A stretch of 40,000 bases of DNA from Bacillota bacterium (GCA_012837285.1 DURJ01000075.1:10023-50022); one strand, 5' to 3'; positions 17,429-29,005 are shown, numbered from the stretch's first letter. The notes: a model not told the origin generated them from the letters alone. Program-made: numbers and translations.

Positions 17429-18672
17429 TCCCGTACCTGACCGTTACCATAAACAATGTATTTGATCGTAGTCAGTTCCTTAAGGCCCATGGGGCCACGG
17501 GCGTGAAGCTTTTGAGTGCTGATGCCCATTTCGGCCCCGAATCCGTATTCAAACCCATCGGTAAACCTGGTCGACGCGTTAACATATACCGCCGCCGCAT
17601 CGACTTCCTCCAGAAAGCGTTGAGCATGAGCATAATCAGATGTGATAATAGCCTCCGAATGATGGGTTCCGTACTTATTGATATGATTGATAGCCTCATC
17701 GATCCCGGCCACTGTTTTGACCGCAATAATATAGTCGAGGTACTCTGTCCGCCAGTCTTCCACGCTGGCAAGCTTAACCTGGGAACATAGGCTCTTGACT
17801 CGAGGACAGCCCCGCACTTCAACGCCGCCGGCGGTCAGATCCGACACCACCTCGGGCACAAAAGCAGCGGCAATGCTTGCGTCCACCAACAAAGTCTCGC
17901 AGGCGTTACACACTCCAGGCCGACTACACTTGGCGTTCACCACAATCCGTCTGGCCATATCCTGGTCAGCGGAACCGTCCACATAAGTATGGCAATTGCC
18001 CACCCCGGTCTGGATCACCGGAACGGTAGCATTCTCCATTATGGCCCGAATAAGTCCGGCCCCGCCCCGCGGTATCAGCACATCTAGATATTCGCTCAGC
18101 CGCATCAGAGCCGTAGCTGCCTCCCGGCTGGTGTCTTCAATGAGGTCAACCGACCCTTCCGGCAGCCTAACAGCGACTAGAGCCCGTCGCAGGGCAGCCA
18201 CAATGGCTTTGTTGGAGTTAATAGCCTCCGAACCGCCCTTTAAGATCACTGCGTTACCTGCTTTCAGTGCCAAACCGGCTGCATCCACCGTCACGTTGGG
18301 CCGGGCTTCATAGATAATCCCCACTACCCCGAGTGGAACCCTCACCTGTCCGATTCGAAGTCCGTTCGGGCGTTTCCACATGGAAATCACTTCGCCGATG
18401 GGATCAGGCAAGTCCTGCAGAACCGCCAACCCTTCTGCCATACCTCTAATGCGGGCTGGGGTCAGGGTGAGCCGATCGATCAAAGCCGCCGACAGCCCCT
18501 TGTCTCGGCCGGCGGCAATATCAAGTTCATTGGCAGACAGAATCTCATCTTCCGCACACATTATCTCTTCTGCCATGGCTGCTAAAGCCCGATTCTTCAG
18601 TACCGATGATACCGTGCATAACACCCTGCTGGCCGCTTTGGCAGCTTGGCCCTTTTTGCGTACCTCCTCCAT
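17425..18672 (-). CDS. proA: Gamma-glutamyl phosphate reductase
   Basis: 415 aa; VPLGVVGIIYEARPNVTVDAAGLALKAGNAVILKGGSEA, PVIQTGVGNCHTYVD, AAAVYVNASTRFTDGFEYGFGAEMGISTQKLHARGPMGL. Confidence 0.97.
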   Translation of the reverse strand: MEEVRKKGQAAKAASRVLCTVSSVLKNRALAAMAEEIMCAEDEILSANELDIAAGRDKGLSAALIDRLTLTPARIRGMAEGLAVLQDLPDPIGEVISMWKRPNGLRIGQVRVPLGVVGIIYEARPNVTVDAAGLALKAGNAVILKGGSEAINSNKAIVAALRRALVAVRLPEGSVDLIEDTSREAATALMRLSEYLDVLIPRGGAGLIRAIMENATVPVIQTGVGNCHTYVDGSADQDMARRIVVNAKCSRPGVCNACETLLVDASIAAAFVPEVVSDLTAGGVEVRGCPRVKSLCSQVKLASVEDWRTEYLDYIIAVKTVAGIDEAINHINKYGTHHSEAIITSDYAHAQRFLEEVDAAAVYVNASTRFTDGFEYGFGAEMGISTQKLHARGPMGLKELTTIKYIVYGNGQVRE

Positions 18673-18701
18673 GGATTAACCCTCCTCGGTCTGTTGTCTT
18701 A

Positions 18702-19517
18702 CTAACGCCATGTAGGCGGCAAAAACAATGTACCTACTTCTTCTCCGGCAGCAGCCGCCTTGATGAGCCCCGGCTTCTCCCCGGTGGCGATGATCATGGG
18801 AATGCCGGCCTCGCCTGCAATCCGAGCCGCTTCTATCTTGGTCACCATCCCACCTACTCCCAGATCCGAACCGGATCCGCTGGCCAACTCTTCAATTTCC
18901 GCTGTAATCTCCGGTACCAAGGGTATCAAGTGAGCCTCAGGCTGCTGTCGCGGGTCAGCTGTGTATAAACCTTCAATGTCGGAGAGCAATATCAAAAGGT
19001 CTGCTTGGGCCAGTTTAGCCACGTAGGCTGACAAAGTATCGTTATCACCGAACTCTATCTCTTCAGTGGCCACAGTGTCGTTTTCATTAACGATGGGAAT
19101 AACCTCATATCTTAGCAAGGTCTCAAAGGTATTGACGGCATTTTCGTACCGTTCACCATTGTCCACATCGGCTTTGGTCAGAAGTACTTGACCTACTATC
19201 AGGCCATACTCGGCAAAAAACTTCTCATATGTCTGCAATAGAATCCCTTGGCCAACAGCCGCCAAGGCTTGTTTTTCTGGTGTTGTCTTCGGTCGATGGT
19301 CAACCCTTAGGCGGGAACGACCTACAGCAATTGCTCCGGAACTCACCAAAATCACTTGATGACCACTGTGGGCCAGGTCAGCCAGTTCCCGGACCAAGTG
19401 TTCCATCCGATCCAAGTTTAGCTTTCCCGAATCATAAGTCAAGGTCGAGGTTCCTACCTTAACTGTAATCCGTTGTACATCCCGTAATCTTGAGCGTATA
19501 CTGCCCACATTCCTCAC
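18702..19517 (-). CDS. proB: Glutamate 5-kinase, short form without a C-terminal PUA domain
   Basis: 271 aa; VKVGTSTLTYDSGKLN, VILVSSGAIAVGRSRL, IPIVNENDTVATEEIEFGDNDTLSAYVAKLAQADLLILLSDIEGLYTADPR. Confidence 0.95.
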   Translation of the reverse strand: MRNVGSIRSRLRDVQRITVKVGTSTLTYDSGKLNLDRMEHLVRELADLAHSGHQVILVSSGAIAVGRSRLRVDHRPKTTPEKQALAAVGQGILLQTYEKFFAEYGLIVGQVLLTKADVDNGERYENAVNTFETLLRYEVIPIVNENDTVATEEIEFGDNDTLSAYVAKLAQADLLILLSDIEGLYTADPRQQPEAHLIPLVPEITAEIEELASGSGSDLGVGGMVTKIEAARIAGEAGIPMIIATGEKPGLIKAAAAGEEVGTLFLPPTWR

Positions 19518-19522
19518 CCTTT

Positions 19523-21301
19523 CTATCTTACCTGGGCCCGGCCACGATAAACTAAACCTCGAACCGGATCCACCGTCACTACCATACCGTCCCGCATCAA
19601 CTGGAGAGCATCTTTAACTCCCACTACCACCGGTATGCCCAGATTAAGGCCGACCACGGCCGCATGGGATGTAAGTCCACCTTCGGCGGTAATGATAGCC
19701 GCTGCTCGTTCCATAAAGGGAATCATTGTCTTATCAGTGGTGTGGGTTACCAATATCTGGCCACGGTTGAACTTTTGTCTGCCCTCGCTGGCATCTTTCA
19801 ACACACAGACGCTCCCGGCTGTACCCACGTTCCCCACTCCGGTACCACGTGCCAGTATATCGCCCACTATCTGCGCCTTTATTAGATTTGTGCTGCCGGG
19901 CACTCCGGCCGGCACTCCGGCTGTGATAACCACCAGGTCTCCTTCCTTAATGTACCCATGATCCAGCGCCACTTGCACCGCCAAATCGATCATCTCGTCG
20001 GTATTGGCTGTGGTACGAGTCAACAGAGGATATACGCCCCACACTAACAGCAGTTGCCGCACCACGGTTTCCTTGGCAGTCACGGCGATAATAGGTGCCT
20101 GCGGGCGGTTCTTGGCTACCATCCGGGCCGTATAGCCTGAGCTGGTGGATACTAGAACAGCTGTGGCCTTAAGGGCCCGCGCGGCAGTACAAGTGGCATA
20201 ACTTATGGCGTCCGTGACACTAACATCTTCATTGAGTGCTTGGTGCTTTAGACCCCGCTCATACATCAGGGCACTCTCAGTGCGCTTGGCAATTCGCGCC
20301 ATATAGCTCACAGCCTCCATGGGATAACGCCCGGTAGCTGTTTCGGCTGACAACATCACTGCATCAGAACCGTCTAGAATAGCGTTCGCTACATCGCTAG
20401 CCTCGGCGCGGGTTGGCTGGGGAGTCAGCACCATCGATTCTAGCATCTGGGTTGCTGTAATCACAGGCTTACCCAGTCGGTTGGCTTTCGTAATAATCAT
20501 CTTCTGAATCAACGGCACTTCCTCGGCTGGAATCTCCACCCCTAAGTCGCCGCGAGCCACCATTACTCCGTCGGCCACCTTCAAGATGGCATCGATGTTC
20601 TCGACCCCTTCACCGCTTTCTATTTTGGCGATAATAGATGTGCTGGCTCCTAGCCGTTCCACAACCTCCCTAATTTGCAACACGTTCTGCGCCTTACGGA
20701 TAAATGAAGCGGCAATGAAGTCAACGCCGTTTTCCACTCCAAAAGTAATATCAGCCACATCTTGTTCGGACAATGCCGGCAGCGACAAGTTACAGCCGGG
20801 CAGGTTTAATTTCTTTCGATCCTGTAAGATGCCGGCATTTAGCACCCGACAGTGTACTTCCGTATCTGTAACTTCCTGTACTTCCATCGATATGGTACCA
20901 TCGGCCAAGAGAATGATTTGGCCGCTGTGAACATCTTGGGGAAGCTGTGGGTAAGATACCTGGGCCCGAGTCCGGTCTCCTATCACCGGATAAGTGGTGA
21001 AGGTAAAGCTGTCTCCTTCTTCAAGGGTAACCTGTCCGCTGGCGAAAGTACCCAGACGAATCTCCGGCCCTTTAGTATCGAGCATAATAGCTAAAGACCG
21101 GCCCAGCTGTTTAGACACAACCCTTAGAGTATTAATGCGCCGCTTATGAATAACATGGTCACCGTGGGAAAAATTGAGCCGAGCTACATCCATGCCGGCA
21201 ACCAACAGTTGCTGCACCTGCTCCACACTTTCACTGGCCGGTCCGATGGTACACACAATTTTTGTTCTGCGCACTAGATTATCACTCCCAATTAAAGGCA
21301 C
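19523..21301 (-). CDS. pyk: Pyruvate kinase with C-terminal PEP-utilising mobile domain
   Basis: 592 aa; TKIVCTIGPASES, MDVARLNFSHG, MVARGDLGVEIPAEEVPLIQK, C-terminal GQILVTHTTDKTMIPFMERAAAIITAEGGLTSHAAVVGLNLGIPVVVG. Confidence 0.97.
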   Translation of the reverse strand: MPLIGSDNLVRRTKIVCTIGPASESVEQVQQLLVAGMDVARLNFSHGDHVIHKRRINTLRVVSKQLGRSLAIMLDTKGPEIRLGTFASGQVTLEEGDSFTFTTYPVIGDRTRAQVSYPQLPQDVHSGQIILLADGTISMEVQEVTDTEVHCRVLNAGILQDRKKLNLPGCNLSLPALSEQDVADITFGVENGVDFIAASFIRKAQNVLQIREVVERLGASTSIIAKIESGEGVENIDAILKVADGVMVARGDLGVEIPAEEVPLIQKMIITKANRLGKPVITATQMLESMVLTPQPTRAEASDVANAILDGSDAVMLSAETATGRYPMEAVSYMARIAKRTESALMYERGLKHQALNEDVSVTDAISYATCTAARALKATAVLVSTSSGYTARMVAKNRPQAPIIAVTAKETVVRQLLLVWGVYPLLTRTTANTDEMIDLAVQVALDHGYIKEGDLVVITAGVPAGVPGSTNLIKAQIVGDILARGTGVGNVGTAGSVCVLKDASEGRQKFNRGQILVTHTTDKTMIPFMERAAAIITAEGGLTSHAAVVGLNLGIPVVVGVKDALQLMRDGMVVTVDPVRGLVYRGRAQVR

Positions 21302-21576
21302 AGGTTACCTTGCAGAATCTCGTTTGCTTCCTCTGCTTCTGACGCCGGCACCAAAATTTCCACACTGCTGGAACTGCCTAAGTGCGGCACCCCTAACGCC
21401 CGCAACATGACCAATACTCCTTCTTGGTTGAGAATACCTTTGAGCATTTCGGCCTCTATCCCATTGCGAGCCACATATACAACTGTCCACATCTTAAGCT
21501 GAGGCCCCCCTTGAACCCTTATAGTTAAGGATCTTATATCTTTCGCCCTGTCTTCAGCTAATTCCTTTTTCCCCAT
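21292..21576 (-). CDS. Small DUF2007-like putative signal-transducing protein
   Basis: 94 aa; MWTVVYVARNGIEAEMLKGILNQEGVLVMLRAL...VEILVPASEAEEANEILQ. Start likely an internal ATG. Confidence 0.6.
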   Translation of the reverse strand: MGKKELAEDRAKDIRSLTIRVQGGPQLKMWTVVYVARNGIEAEMLKGILNQEGVLVMLRALGVPHLGSSSSVEILVPASEAEEANEILQGNLCL

Positions 21577-24500
21577 TAGATATTTCTTGTCTTCACCGCC
21601 ACATTGTCAGCGCCAAGTAGCTGCCTGAGCCGGGCTAGAAGATCCTCGCACAAGCGAACGTTGTAGCGCCTATCCCATCGCAGCAAACGTCGGTCATGGG
21701 CAAAAAGGACAAATACCGGACTGTCTCCTGGATAAGGTGCTATCTCGGCCTGTAACTCTCTGATATCAATCTGAGTGGAAGCGGTGAGCCGCAGGTACAG
21801 TGCTTGGGCTGCAGCCAGGGGCAGCAGCTTATCCACCAACACTTTGGGCAGCTCTTCGTTATGGTCGGCAGCCCGACCTTTTATCAAGATCAGTTGATCA
21901 CGCTGCAGCCACCGACTGCCGGCAAAAATATGCGGAAATACCACTGCTTCGAAACCCCCGGTCATATCTTCCACCGTGAGAAAAGCCATGGGTTCTCCCT
22001 TACGGGTGGTTATTTCTTTCCAATTACTGGCAATCCCACCCATTACCACCGGCGTGTCCGGCAGTATTTCCGCTAACTCATTACTCCAAGCCGTGACCAC
22101 CTGTCGTAACAGATCCGCTTTTTCCGCTAGCGGGTGCCCGCTTAGATACAACCCTAAGGCTTCCTTTTCCCAGGCCAACTTCACCTCCGTTTGGATCTCC
22201 GCCAGATTAGGCACCGGCACTTGAACTGAAGCCGGCGGCAAATCCCATAGCAACCCCTGGCCGCTTTGCTGTTGCCGTTGGTACGCCTGCCCCACTTCTA
22301 CTGCTCCATCTAAGATAGCTAGCTGTTGGGCGCGATTGCCGCCCAAAGTACAAGTAGCTCCGGCTTTGATCATGCTCTCCAGTGCCCTCTTGCTAATGCT
22401 GCCCAGATCTACCCGCTGGCACAGGTCAACTAAAGATTGAAACAGGCCGCCTTTCTCTCGCTCCCGGACCACAGTCTGCGCAGCCCCTCGCCCGACGTTC
22501 TTAATAGCCGCCAGCCCAAACCGGATCTGGCCGTTATCAACGGAAAAGTCCACGGCACTGGAATTTACCTCCGGAGGCAGCACTTTTAGCCCTAAGCGCC
22601 GGCATTCTTCACAGTATAGAGCCACCTTATCGGTGTCATCCATGATACTGGTCAATAAAGCCGCCATGAACTCAGCCTGGTAATTAGCCTTTAAATAGGC
22701 TGTTTCGTACGCCAACATGGCATAAGCAGCAGAATGAGATTTGTTAAATCCGTAGCCGGCAAAATACTCCATTAGGTCAAATACCCGGCTGGCGATTTCA
22801 GCTTCGACACCCTTCTCCTGCGCCCCGGCGACAAACCGCTGGCGTTCACCGGCCAGCACTTCCGGTTTCTTCTTGCCCATGGCCCGGCGTAGCATGTCCG
22901 CCTGTCCCAGCGTAAAACCGGCCAACCGGCTGGCAATTTGCATCACCTGCTCTTGATACAAGATAACACCATAGGTTTCGGCCAGGATCGGCTTCAGCAA
23001 TGGGTGCAAATAACGGACTTCTTTACGGCCGTGACGCCTGGCGATAAAGTCTTCGGCCATTCCGCTGCCCAGCGGTCCCGGCCGATATAAGGCTACCAGG
23101 GCCGTGAGATCATTTATTCCAACCGGTTTGAGCTCTCGAATCAGGGCTCTCATACCGGGGCTTTCCAATTGAAATACGCCGAAGGTATTGCCTGAGGCCA
23201 ACAGCTCATAGGTGGCTTTGTCGTCCAAGGGCATTGCGGCCCGTTCTTGGGCTCGGCCGCGCTTTTCCTGGACTAAACGTCTCGTCTCCTGGATAACAGT
23301 CAGCGTCCTTAGGCCGAGAAAATCCATCTTTAACAGACCAATTTCTTCTATGGTTTCCCAAGGGTATTGGGTAGTAATAATACCGTCAGCAGTCTGCTGG
23401 AGCGGGACATGCTCAATCAGCGGTCGGGCTGATATTACTACGCCGGCAGCATGGGTGCTGGCATGACGCGGCAATCCCTCCAGTTTCTGGGCTGCGTCTA
23501 CAAGACGGCGCACCCATTCCTCCCGTTGGTACAAATCTGCTAACTCCCGACTCGAAGTCAGCGCCCCGGCTAAACTTACCCCTGGTTCAGCTGGTACTAA
23601 CTTGGCCACTCGGTCCACATCACTGTAGGTATAATCATAAGCCCGACCTACATCGCGAATAGCAGCCCGAGCAGCCATGGTGCCGAAAGTAATGATCTGG
23701 GCCACATGATCGGGGCCGTATGTGGACTTTACGTAATCAATAACCTCATCGCGGCGATTGTCTGCGAAGTCGATATCAATATCCGGCAGGCTTACTCGTT
23801 CCGGATTTAGAAAACGTTCGAATAACAAGCCGTGGGCCAACGGATCAATATCGGTAATACCGAGGGTATATGCTACCAGGCTCCCTGCCGCTGAACCTCT
23901 CCCCGGCCCAACCGAGATATCATGTTCCCGGGCAAAGCGCACAAAGTCCCACACAATAAGAAAATAGCTGGCGAATCCCATCTTCCCGATTATATTCAAT
24001 TCATACTGTAACCGTTCTTGCGCTTGAGCAGCCGCCTGCTGATAGCGACGGATAAGGCCCTCCCAGCACAACCGTTCCAAATATGCTTCGGCCGACAATC
24101 CCTCTGGTACCGGAAATTTCGGCAGCAGTACTTGTCCCAGTTTTAGCTTTACCTGGCACCTTTCAGCGATGGCAACAGTGTTGGTCAGAGCTTGAGGAAT
24201 GGCGCTGAATATCTGGGCCATTTCGGCCTCGGATTTAAAATAGAATTCGTCAGTGGGAAAACGCATCCGGTCGGCCTGGTGAACGCTCTTGCCGGTTTGA
24301 ATACACAGAAGAAGATCGTGGTAGACAGCGTCCTCGCGCTGAAGATAATGAACGTCGTTGGTAGCTACCACCTTAATGTTCAGCCTTTTGGCCAGATTAA
24401 GCAGCTCACGGTTCAATCTGGGTTGATCCGGTAAGTTCTGATCTTGTAGTTCCAGAAAAAAGCTGTCGGGTCCGAACAAATCGCAGTACGTACCCGCCGC

Positions 24501-24971
24501 CTTGAGCGCTCCCGCCTCATTACTGGCCAAGAGGTGCTCGGGTATTTCTCCAGCCAGGCAGCCCGATAAAGCAATAAGACCATCCTTGTGCTCAGCCAGC
24601 AACTCCTTGTCCACCCGTGGCTTATAGTAGAAGCCCTCAGTAAAAGCCCGGCTTACCAACGCCATCAGATTGCCATAACCCTGTTCGTTCTCAGCAATCA
24701 AAACCAAGTGATTTAAGCGATCATCTACTCGAGCTGTACGATCGTGGCGGGTGCGAGGAGCAACGTAAACCTCACAGCCTAACAGCGGCTTGATATCATA
24801 AGCTTGTGCTGCCTTGTAAAAGTCCACGGCGCCGTACATAACTCCGTGATCGGTGAGAGCCACTGCCGGCATGCCCAGGCTCTTCGCTCTGCGAACCAAT
24901 TCCTCAATGCGACCGGCACCGTCGAGTAAACTATAGGCGCTGTGTACATGAAGATGGACAAAACCTGCCAT
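21576..24971 (-). CDS. dnaE: DNA polymerase III alpha subunit
   Basis: ORF 21576-25058; true start probably ATG 24969-24971 (MAGFVHLHVHSAYSLLDGAGRIEELV) preceded by AGGAGG. PDIDIDFADNRRDEVIDYV, GMGSGMAEDF-type GPLGSGMAEDFIARRHG, GYGFNKSHSAAYAM. Confidence 0.97.
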   Translation of the reverse strand: MAGFVHLHVHSAYSLLDGAGRIEELVRRAKSLGMPAVALTDHGVMYGAVDFYKAAQAYDIKPLLGCEVYVAPRTRHDRTARVDDRLNHLVLIAENEQGYGNLMALVSRAFTEGFYYKPRVDKELLAEHKDGLIALSGCLAGEIPEHLLASNEAGALKAAGTYCDLFGPDSFFLELQDQNLPDQPRLNRELLNLAKRLNIKVVATNDVHYLQREDAVYHDLLLCIQTGKSVHQADRMRFPTDEFYFKSEAEMAQIFSAIPQALTNTVAIAERCQVKLKLGQVLLPKFPVPEGLSAEAYLERLCWEGLIRRYQQAAAQAQERLQYELNIIGKMGFASYFLIVWDFVRFAREHDISVGPGRGSAAGSLVAYTLGITDIDPLAHGLLFERFLNPERVSLPDIDIDFADNRRDEVIDYVKSTYGPDHVAQIITFGTMAARAAIRDVGRAYDYTYSDVDRVAKLVPAEPGVSLAGALTSSRELADLYQREEWVRRLVDAAQKLEGLPRHASTHAAGVVISARPLIEHVPLQQTADGIITTQYPWETIEEIGLLKMDFLGLRTLTVIQETRRLVQEKRGRAQERAAMPLDDKATYELLASGNTFGVFQLESPGMRALIRELKPVGINDLTALVALYRPGPLGSGMAEDFIARRHGRKEVRYLHPLLKPILAETYGVILYQEQVMQIASRLAGFTLGQADMLRRAMGKKKPEVLAGERQRFVAGAQEKGVEAEIASRVFDLMEYFAGYGFNKSHSAAYAMLAYETAYLKANYQAEFMAALLTSIMDDTDKVALYCEECRRLGLKVLPPEVNSSAVDFSVDNGQIRFGLAAIKNVGRGAAQTVVREREKGGLFQSLVDLCQRVDLGSISKRALESMIKAGATCTLGGNRAQQLAILDGAVEVGQAYQRQQQSGQGLLWDLPPASVQVPVPNLAEIQTEVKLAWEKEALGLYLSGHPLAEKADLLRQVVTAWSNELAEILPDTPVVMGGIASNWKEITTRKGEPMAFLTVEDMTGGFEAVVFPHIFAGSRWLQRDQLILIKGRAADHNEELPKVLVDKLLPLAAAQALYLRLTASTQIDIRELQAEIAPYPGDSPVFVLFAHDRRLLRWDRRYNVRLCEDLLARLRQLLGADNVAVKTRNI

Positions 24972-25123
24972 AACAAAATACCTCCTGCCTTCCTTGAAGA
25001 GGTATTCCACACCGACATCTTTTTTCCTTTTTGGCCCTTTTCCCGGAAAACTTAGCACTCCGTCATGTAAACAACAACCCCCCTTCTCTGTACCACAAAG
25101 AAGGGGGTGGTACCTGTGGCAGC

Positions 25124-25501
25124 TTACTCCGCGTCCAACCCAAAGAGATCCCGCATGTGTATGTTAACATCCATGGGAGCAAAGAGAAAGATAGCCGCTC
25201 CTATCTTTTCCATGTTGCCGTCTAAGGCATAGGTGGCTCCGCATAAATAGTCTACTAGCCGCTGAGCCGTATCCACAGGCACCCCTTCAAAGTTCACCAC
25301 CACCGCCTGGCCACTCTTAACCAAAGCGGCGATGGCTTCGCTCTCGGCAAAGGAGTTGGGACGGCGCACTACCACCCGCACCTCCGGCGTCGAAGGTCCT
25401 TCATTCTGCTCATTGTTTTCGTCCAGCAAGTCCCTGTCGTCTCGATTGAGCAATTGGCGTATTTTGCGCCAGAGGTCGGGCATGTCCTTCATCCTTCCCA
25501 A
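25124..25501 (-). CDS. sepF: Cell division protein SepF
   Basis: 125 aa; FAESEAIAALVKSGQAVVVNFEGVPVDTAQRLVDYLCGATYALDGNMEKIGAAIFLFAPMDVNI. Confidence 0.92.
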   Translation of the reverse strand: MGRMKDMPDLWRKIRQLLNRDDRDLLDENNEQNEGPSTPEVRVVVRRPNSFAESEAIAALVKSGQAVVVNFEGVPVDTAQRLVDYLCGATYALDGNMEKIGAAIFLFAPMDVNIHMRDLFGLDAE

Positions 25502-25564
25502 CTAGATAAGCCACTGGACAAGCAAGCTTGTTGTAGTTCTAACCAGACTCCTCTTCGCTATCAG

Positions 25565-26758
25565 CTACTTGGCCTCTGCCACCACGTCCTTCACCCGCAA
25601 CAAGCCCTTTTCAATCACATCCAGTGAAGTCGCATATGAGAACCGAACAAAACGATCATCTCCAAAAGCAGCCCCAGGCACCAAGGCCACGTGGCCTTCA
25701 GTAAGAAGCACCTCGGCCAAATCCACCGATCCGTTTATCTTCCGTTCACGGATAGTCTTCCCAAACAAGCTCGCTACCTGAGCAAAAACGTAGAAAGCAC
25801 CTTCCGGTTTGCAGCAACTCATCCCCGGTATCGCATTAATCCCCTTGACCATCTGTTCCCGACGGCGGGTAAACTCAGTCAGCATCTTCTGCACCGGTGT
25901 CTGGTCTCCGGTAAGGGCGACCACCGCCGCCTTTTGAGCAATGGCATTAGGGTTAGAAGTAGCATGGCTCTGAATGTTAGCCATAGCCTGGGCTAACACC
26001 CTGGGTGCAGCTGCATAGCCTATACGCCAACCGGTCATGGCATATGTCTTGGATACCCCGTTTACGGTGACCGTATGTTCCTTAACTTCTGGCCCTAAAG
26101 CGGCCACACTGGTGAATACCGCTCCGTCGTAGAGCAGCTTCTCGTAGACCTCGTCAGCAATGATCACAATGCCGCGCGGTACCAGAATATCAGCCAAACT
26201 CTCCAGTTCTGGTCGTGAGTACACGGCCCCGGTGGGGTTATTGGGTGAATTGATGAAAATTGCTTTGGTCCGATCGGTAATATGTTCCTGTAGCTGCTCT
26301 GGTCTCAGCTTAAACCCATCCTCAGCTGCAGTCGGGATGATAACCGGGGTGCCACCGTTTAACTTGATCATTTCCGGATAGCTGACCCAATACGGTGCCG
26401 GTACGATCACCTCGTCTCCGTCATCCACCAAAGCCTGTAGCGCATTGTAAATAGAATGCTTAGCTCCGTTGGAGACTATCACGTCCGCAGGCTCATATTG
26501 AAGCTCATTATCACGGTCCAACTTCATACAGATGGCTTCTTTCAGTTCCGGGATACCAGCAGCCGGTGTATAGCGAGTAAACCCTTCTCTGATCGCTTCT
26601 ATCCCGGCCGCGGCAATATGTGCCGGAGTATTGAAATCAGGTTCACCCACAGTAAATGACAGCACATCTATACCCTGCCGCTTCATTTCTTTGGCTCGGG
26701 CATTCATGGCCAAAGTGGGTGATGCACCAATATTTTGAGCTCTTGTTGCCAGGCGCAC
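25565..26758 (-). CDS. aspC: PLP-dependent aspartate/aromatic aminotransferase, class I
   Basis: 397 aa; DVLSFTVGEPDFNTPAHI, FINSPNNPTGAVY, NGVSKTYAMTGWRIGYAAAP. Confidence 0.93.
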   Translation of the reverse strand: MRLATRAQNIGASPTLAMNARAKEMKRQGIDVLSFTVGEPDFNTPAHIAAAGIEAIREGFTRYTPAAGIPELKEAICMKLDRDNELQYEPADVIVSNGAKHSIYNALQALVDDGDEVIVPAPYWVSYPEMIKLNGGTPVIIPTAAEDGFKLRPEQLQEHITDRTKAIFINSPNNPTGAVYSRPELESLADILVPRGIVIIADEVYEKLLYDGAVFTSVAALGPEVKEHTVTVNGVSKTYAMTGWRIGYAAAPRVLAQAMANIQSHATSNPNAIAQKAAVVALTGDQTPVQKMLTEFTRRREQMVKGINAIPGMSCCKPEGAFYVFAQVASLFGKTIRERKINGSVDLAEVLLTEGHVALVPGAAFGDDRFVRFSYATSLDVIEKGLLRVKDVVAEAK

Positions 26759-26779
26759 TAAAAATCCCCCTTACTAATT

Positions 26780-29005
26780 TTAGTTGCACTTTGAATAACC
26801 GCAGGCAGGACAGGTTACGCAGCCACTGGAGTGTTCTAAGGCCGTACCGCAATCCGGGCATTTTGTCCCGGGATCTGTTTCGGCATCGGCATCTTCGCTT
26901 GACTCAAAGACCGGATTGCCCCCCTGCATAAAATTCTGCTCAATAGCTTTACCGATGGCATCTGGACAAGAAAGAACTTTAATTTCACCACCGTTTTTCC
27001 GCGATACCGTCGATAAACAGCGAATCCCTTTCAATTGGTCGATAATAGCCTCTATGTCTACACCGGAGCGCAACGCCAGCGACACCAGCCGGGCCGTTGC
27101 CTCCGACTGCGATGGACAACCGCCGGCCTTGCCTGTGCTGGTGAACACCTCGCAGATACCATATTCGTCGCGGTTGACCGTAATATACAGGTTGCCACAA
27201 CCGGTCTTCACCTTTTCAGTGGTACCGGCTGTTACCCGCGGACGCGGTCGGGGAGCAAGAGTCCCTTCCGGCTGGCGGCCTGAAGCCGCACCCAGATTCA
27301 ATACTTGTTGGCTGCGGCTGCGGTCACGATAAATGGTCACACCTTTACAACCCAAATCAAACGCCAGCAAATAGGCTTTTCTTACGTCCTCCCAAGTGGC
27401 ATCGTGGCGGAAATTAACGGTCTTAGATACAGCGTTATCAGTATGTTTCTGAAAAGCTGCCTGCATCCTAATGTGCCAGTCAGGGCTAATGTCATGGGCA
27501 GTGGCAAATACTGCCTGTACATCCTCCGGTACTCCTTCCAACCCCCTGGCACTCCCTCGTTCTGCCAGTCGCTCAATTAGATCCGGGCTGTAAAAACCGC
27601 GCTCTTTGGCTACTTGTAAAAACAGTGGATGCAGTTCCGGCAGTTTATCGTCGTTCAAGACATTGCGCAGGTAGGACAAAGCAAACAGAGGCTCTATCCC
27701 ACTGGATGTGCCGGCGATAATAGAAATGGTCCCTGTAGGTGCAATAGTGGTCAAGGTAGCATTGCGGAGTTTAATTTGTCCGCTGTAAATGCTCTGTTCC
27801 CAATTAGGAAAAGGACCTCGCTTGTTAGCCAAGGCTTCTGAGGCAGAACGAGCCTTACGGTGAATAAAATCCATGACCCTTTCCGCCAATGCCACCGCTT
27901 GTTCACTGTCGTAAGGAATACCCAGTTTGATCAAAAGATCGGCAAAGCCCATAATACCGAGACCTATTTTGCGGTTGTCCTTGGTCATCTCTTCAATCTG
28001 TTGCAGCGGATAGCGGTTTACATCGATTATATTATCTAAGAAATGTACAGCCAGAGCCGTGACCTGACCCAAACGTTCCCAGTCAACCTCTGGGCCGTCC
28101 TTGCCGCCTCGAACCATAAGACTAAGATTAATAGAACCCAAGTTGCAGCTTTCATACGGAAGCAGTGGCTGCTCACCACATGGATTTGTGCTCTCGATAG
28201 CACCTAGCGCCGGCGTGGGATTGTCCCTATTGAGCCGGTCCAAGAAGATTATCCCCGGTTCCCCGCTAGCCCAAGCCATGTTAACGATAAGGTCGAAGAC
28301 TTTGCGTGCTTGCAGCCGTTTTACTTCCTGCCCCGTGCGCGGGTTGATAAGAGGATAGTCTCGGTCTTCTCTAACCGCAGCCATAAAGTCTTTGGTTAAT
28401 CCCACCGACAGATTAAAGTTTGTAAGTACACCTTCGTTTTGCTTGATGGTAATAAAATCTATGATGTCTGGGTGGTCCACTCTCAAGATAGCCATATTGG
28501 CACCACGGCGGGTTCCGCCTTGTTTTATCGTCTCGGTGGCCACATCAAAAACACGCATGAACGACAACGGCCCACTGGAAATCCCCTTAGTGGACATAAC
28601 CACATCGTTGTGCGGTCGTATGCGGGAGAATGAAAACCCGGTACCCCCGCCGCTCTTATGAATAAGCGCCGTGTTTTTTATCGCTTCGAAGATACTTTCC
28701 ATGGAGTCTTCCACCGGCAATACGAAGCAGGCCGACAACTGTCCTAATTCGCGCCCAGCATTCATTAAGGTCGGGGAATTAGGGAGAAACTCCAGTCTAG
28801 CCATCAGTTGATAAAACTGAGCTGACAACTCTTCCAGGTTAGCTTCCGGATCATAGAGCCTGTCCGCACCAGCTACGTGCACCGCCACCCGCTGCAACAT
28901 GTCACGCGGCGTCTCCAAAACTTCTCCCTCAGCGCCCCGCTTCAAGTAGCGCCGCTGCAGCACTGTTAAGGCGTTAGCAGTAAATTCAGGTTCGATTTCC
29001 TTCAT
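26780..29005 (-). CDS. nrdJ: Adenosylcobalamin-dependent (class II) ribonucleoside-diphosphate reductase
   Basis: ORF 26780-29044; likely start ATG 29005 behind [68 protein letters not shown]; C-terminal Cys-rich [21 protein letters not shown]. Confidence 0.95.
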   Translation of the reverse strand: MKEIEPEFTANALTVLQRRYLKRGAEGEVLETPRDMLQRVAVHVAGADRLYDPEANLEELSAQFYQLMARLEFLPNSPTLMNAGRELGQLSACFVLPVEDSMESIFEAIKNTALIHKSGGGTGFSFSRIRPHNDVVMSTKGISSGPLSFMRVFDVATETIKQGGTRRGANMAILRVDHPDIIDFITIKQNEGVLTNFNLSVGLTKDFMAAVREDRDYPLINPRTGQEVKRLQARKVFDLIVNMAWASGEPGIIFLDRLNRDNPTPALGAIESTNPCGEQPLLPYESCNLGSINLSLMVRGGKDGPEVDWERLGQVTALAVHFLDNIIDVNRYPLQQIEEMTKDNRKIGLGIMGFADLLIKLGIPYDSEQAVALAERVMDFIHRKARSASEALANKRGPFPNWEQSIYSGQIKLRNATLTTIAPTGTISIIAGTSSGIEPLFALSYLRNVLNDDKLPELHPLFLQVAKERGFYSPDLIERLAERGSARGLEGVPEDVQAVFATAHDISPDWHIRMQAAFQKHTDNAVSKTVNFRHDATWEDVRKAYLLAFDLGCKGVTIYRDRSRSQQVLNLGAASGRQPEGTLAPRPRPRVTAGTTEKVKTGCGNLYITVNRDEYGICEVFTSTGKAGGCPSQSEATARLVSLALRSGVDIEAIIDQLKGIRCLSTVSRKNGGEIKVLSCPDAIGKAIEQNFMQGGNPVFESSEDADAETDPGTKCPDCGTALEHSSGCVTCPACGYSKCN

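Noticed and set aside
18702-19517. Truncated proB as a pseudogene
   Set aside because: The 271-aa protein contains a complete kinase domain. Short glutamate 5-kinases lacking PUA are known, so there is no evidence of decay.
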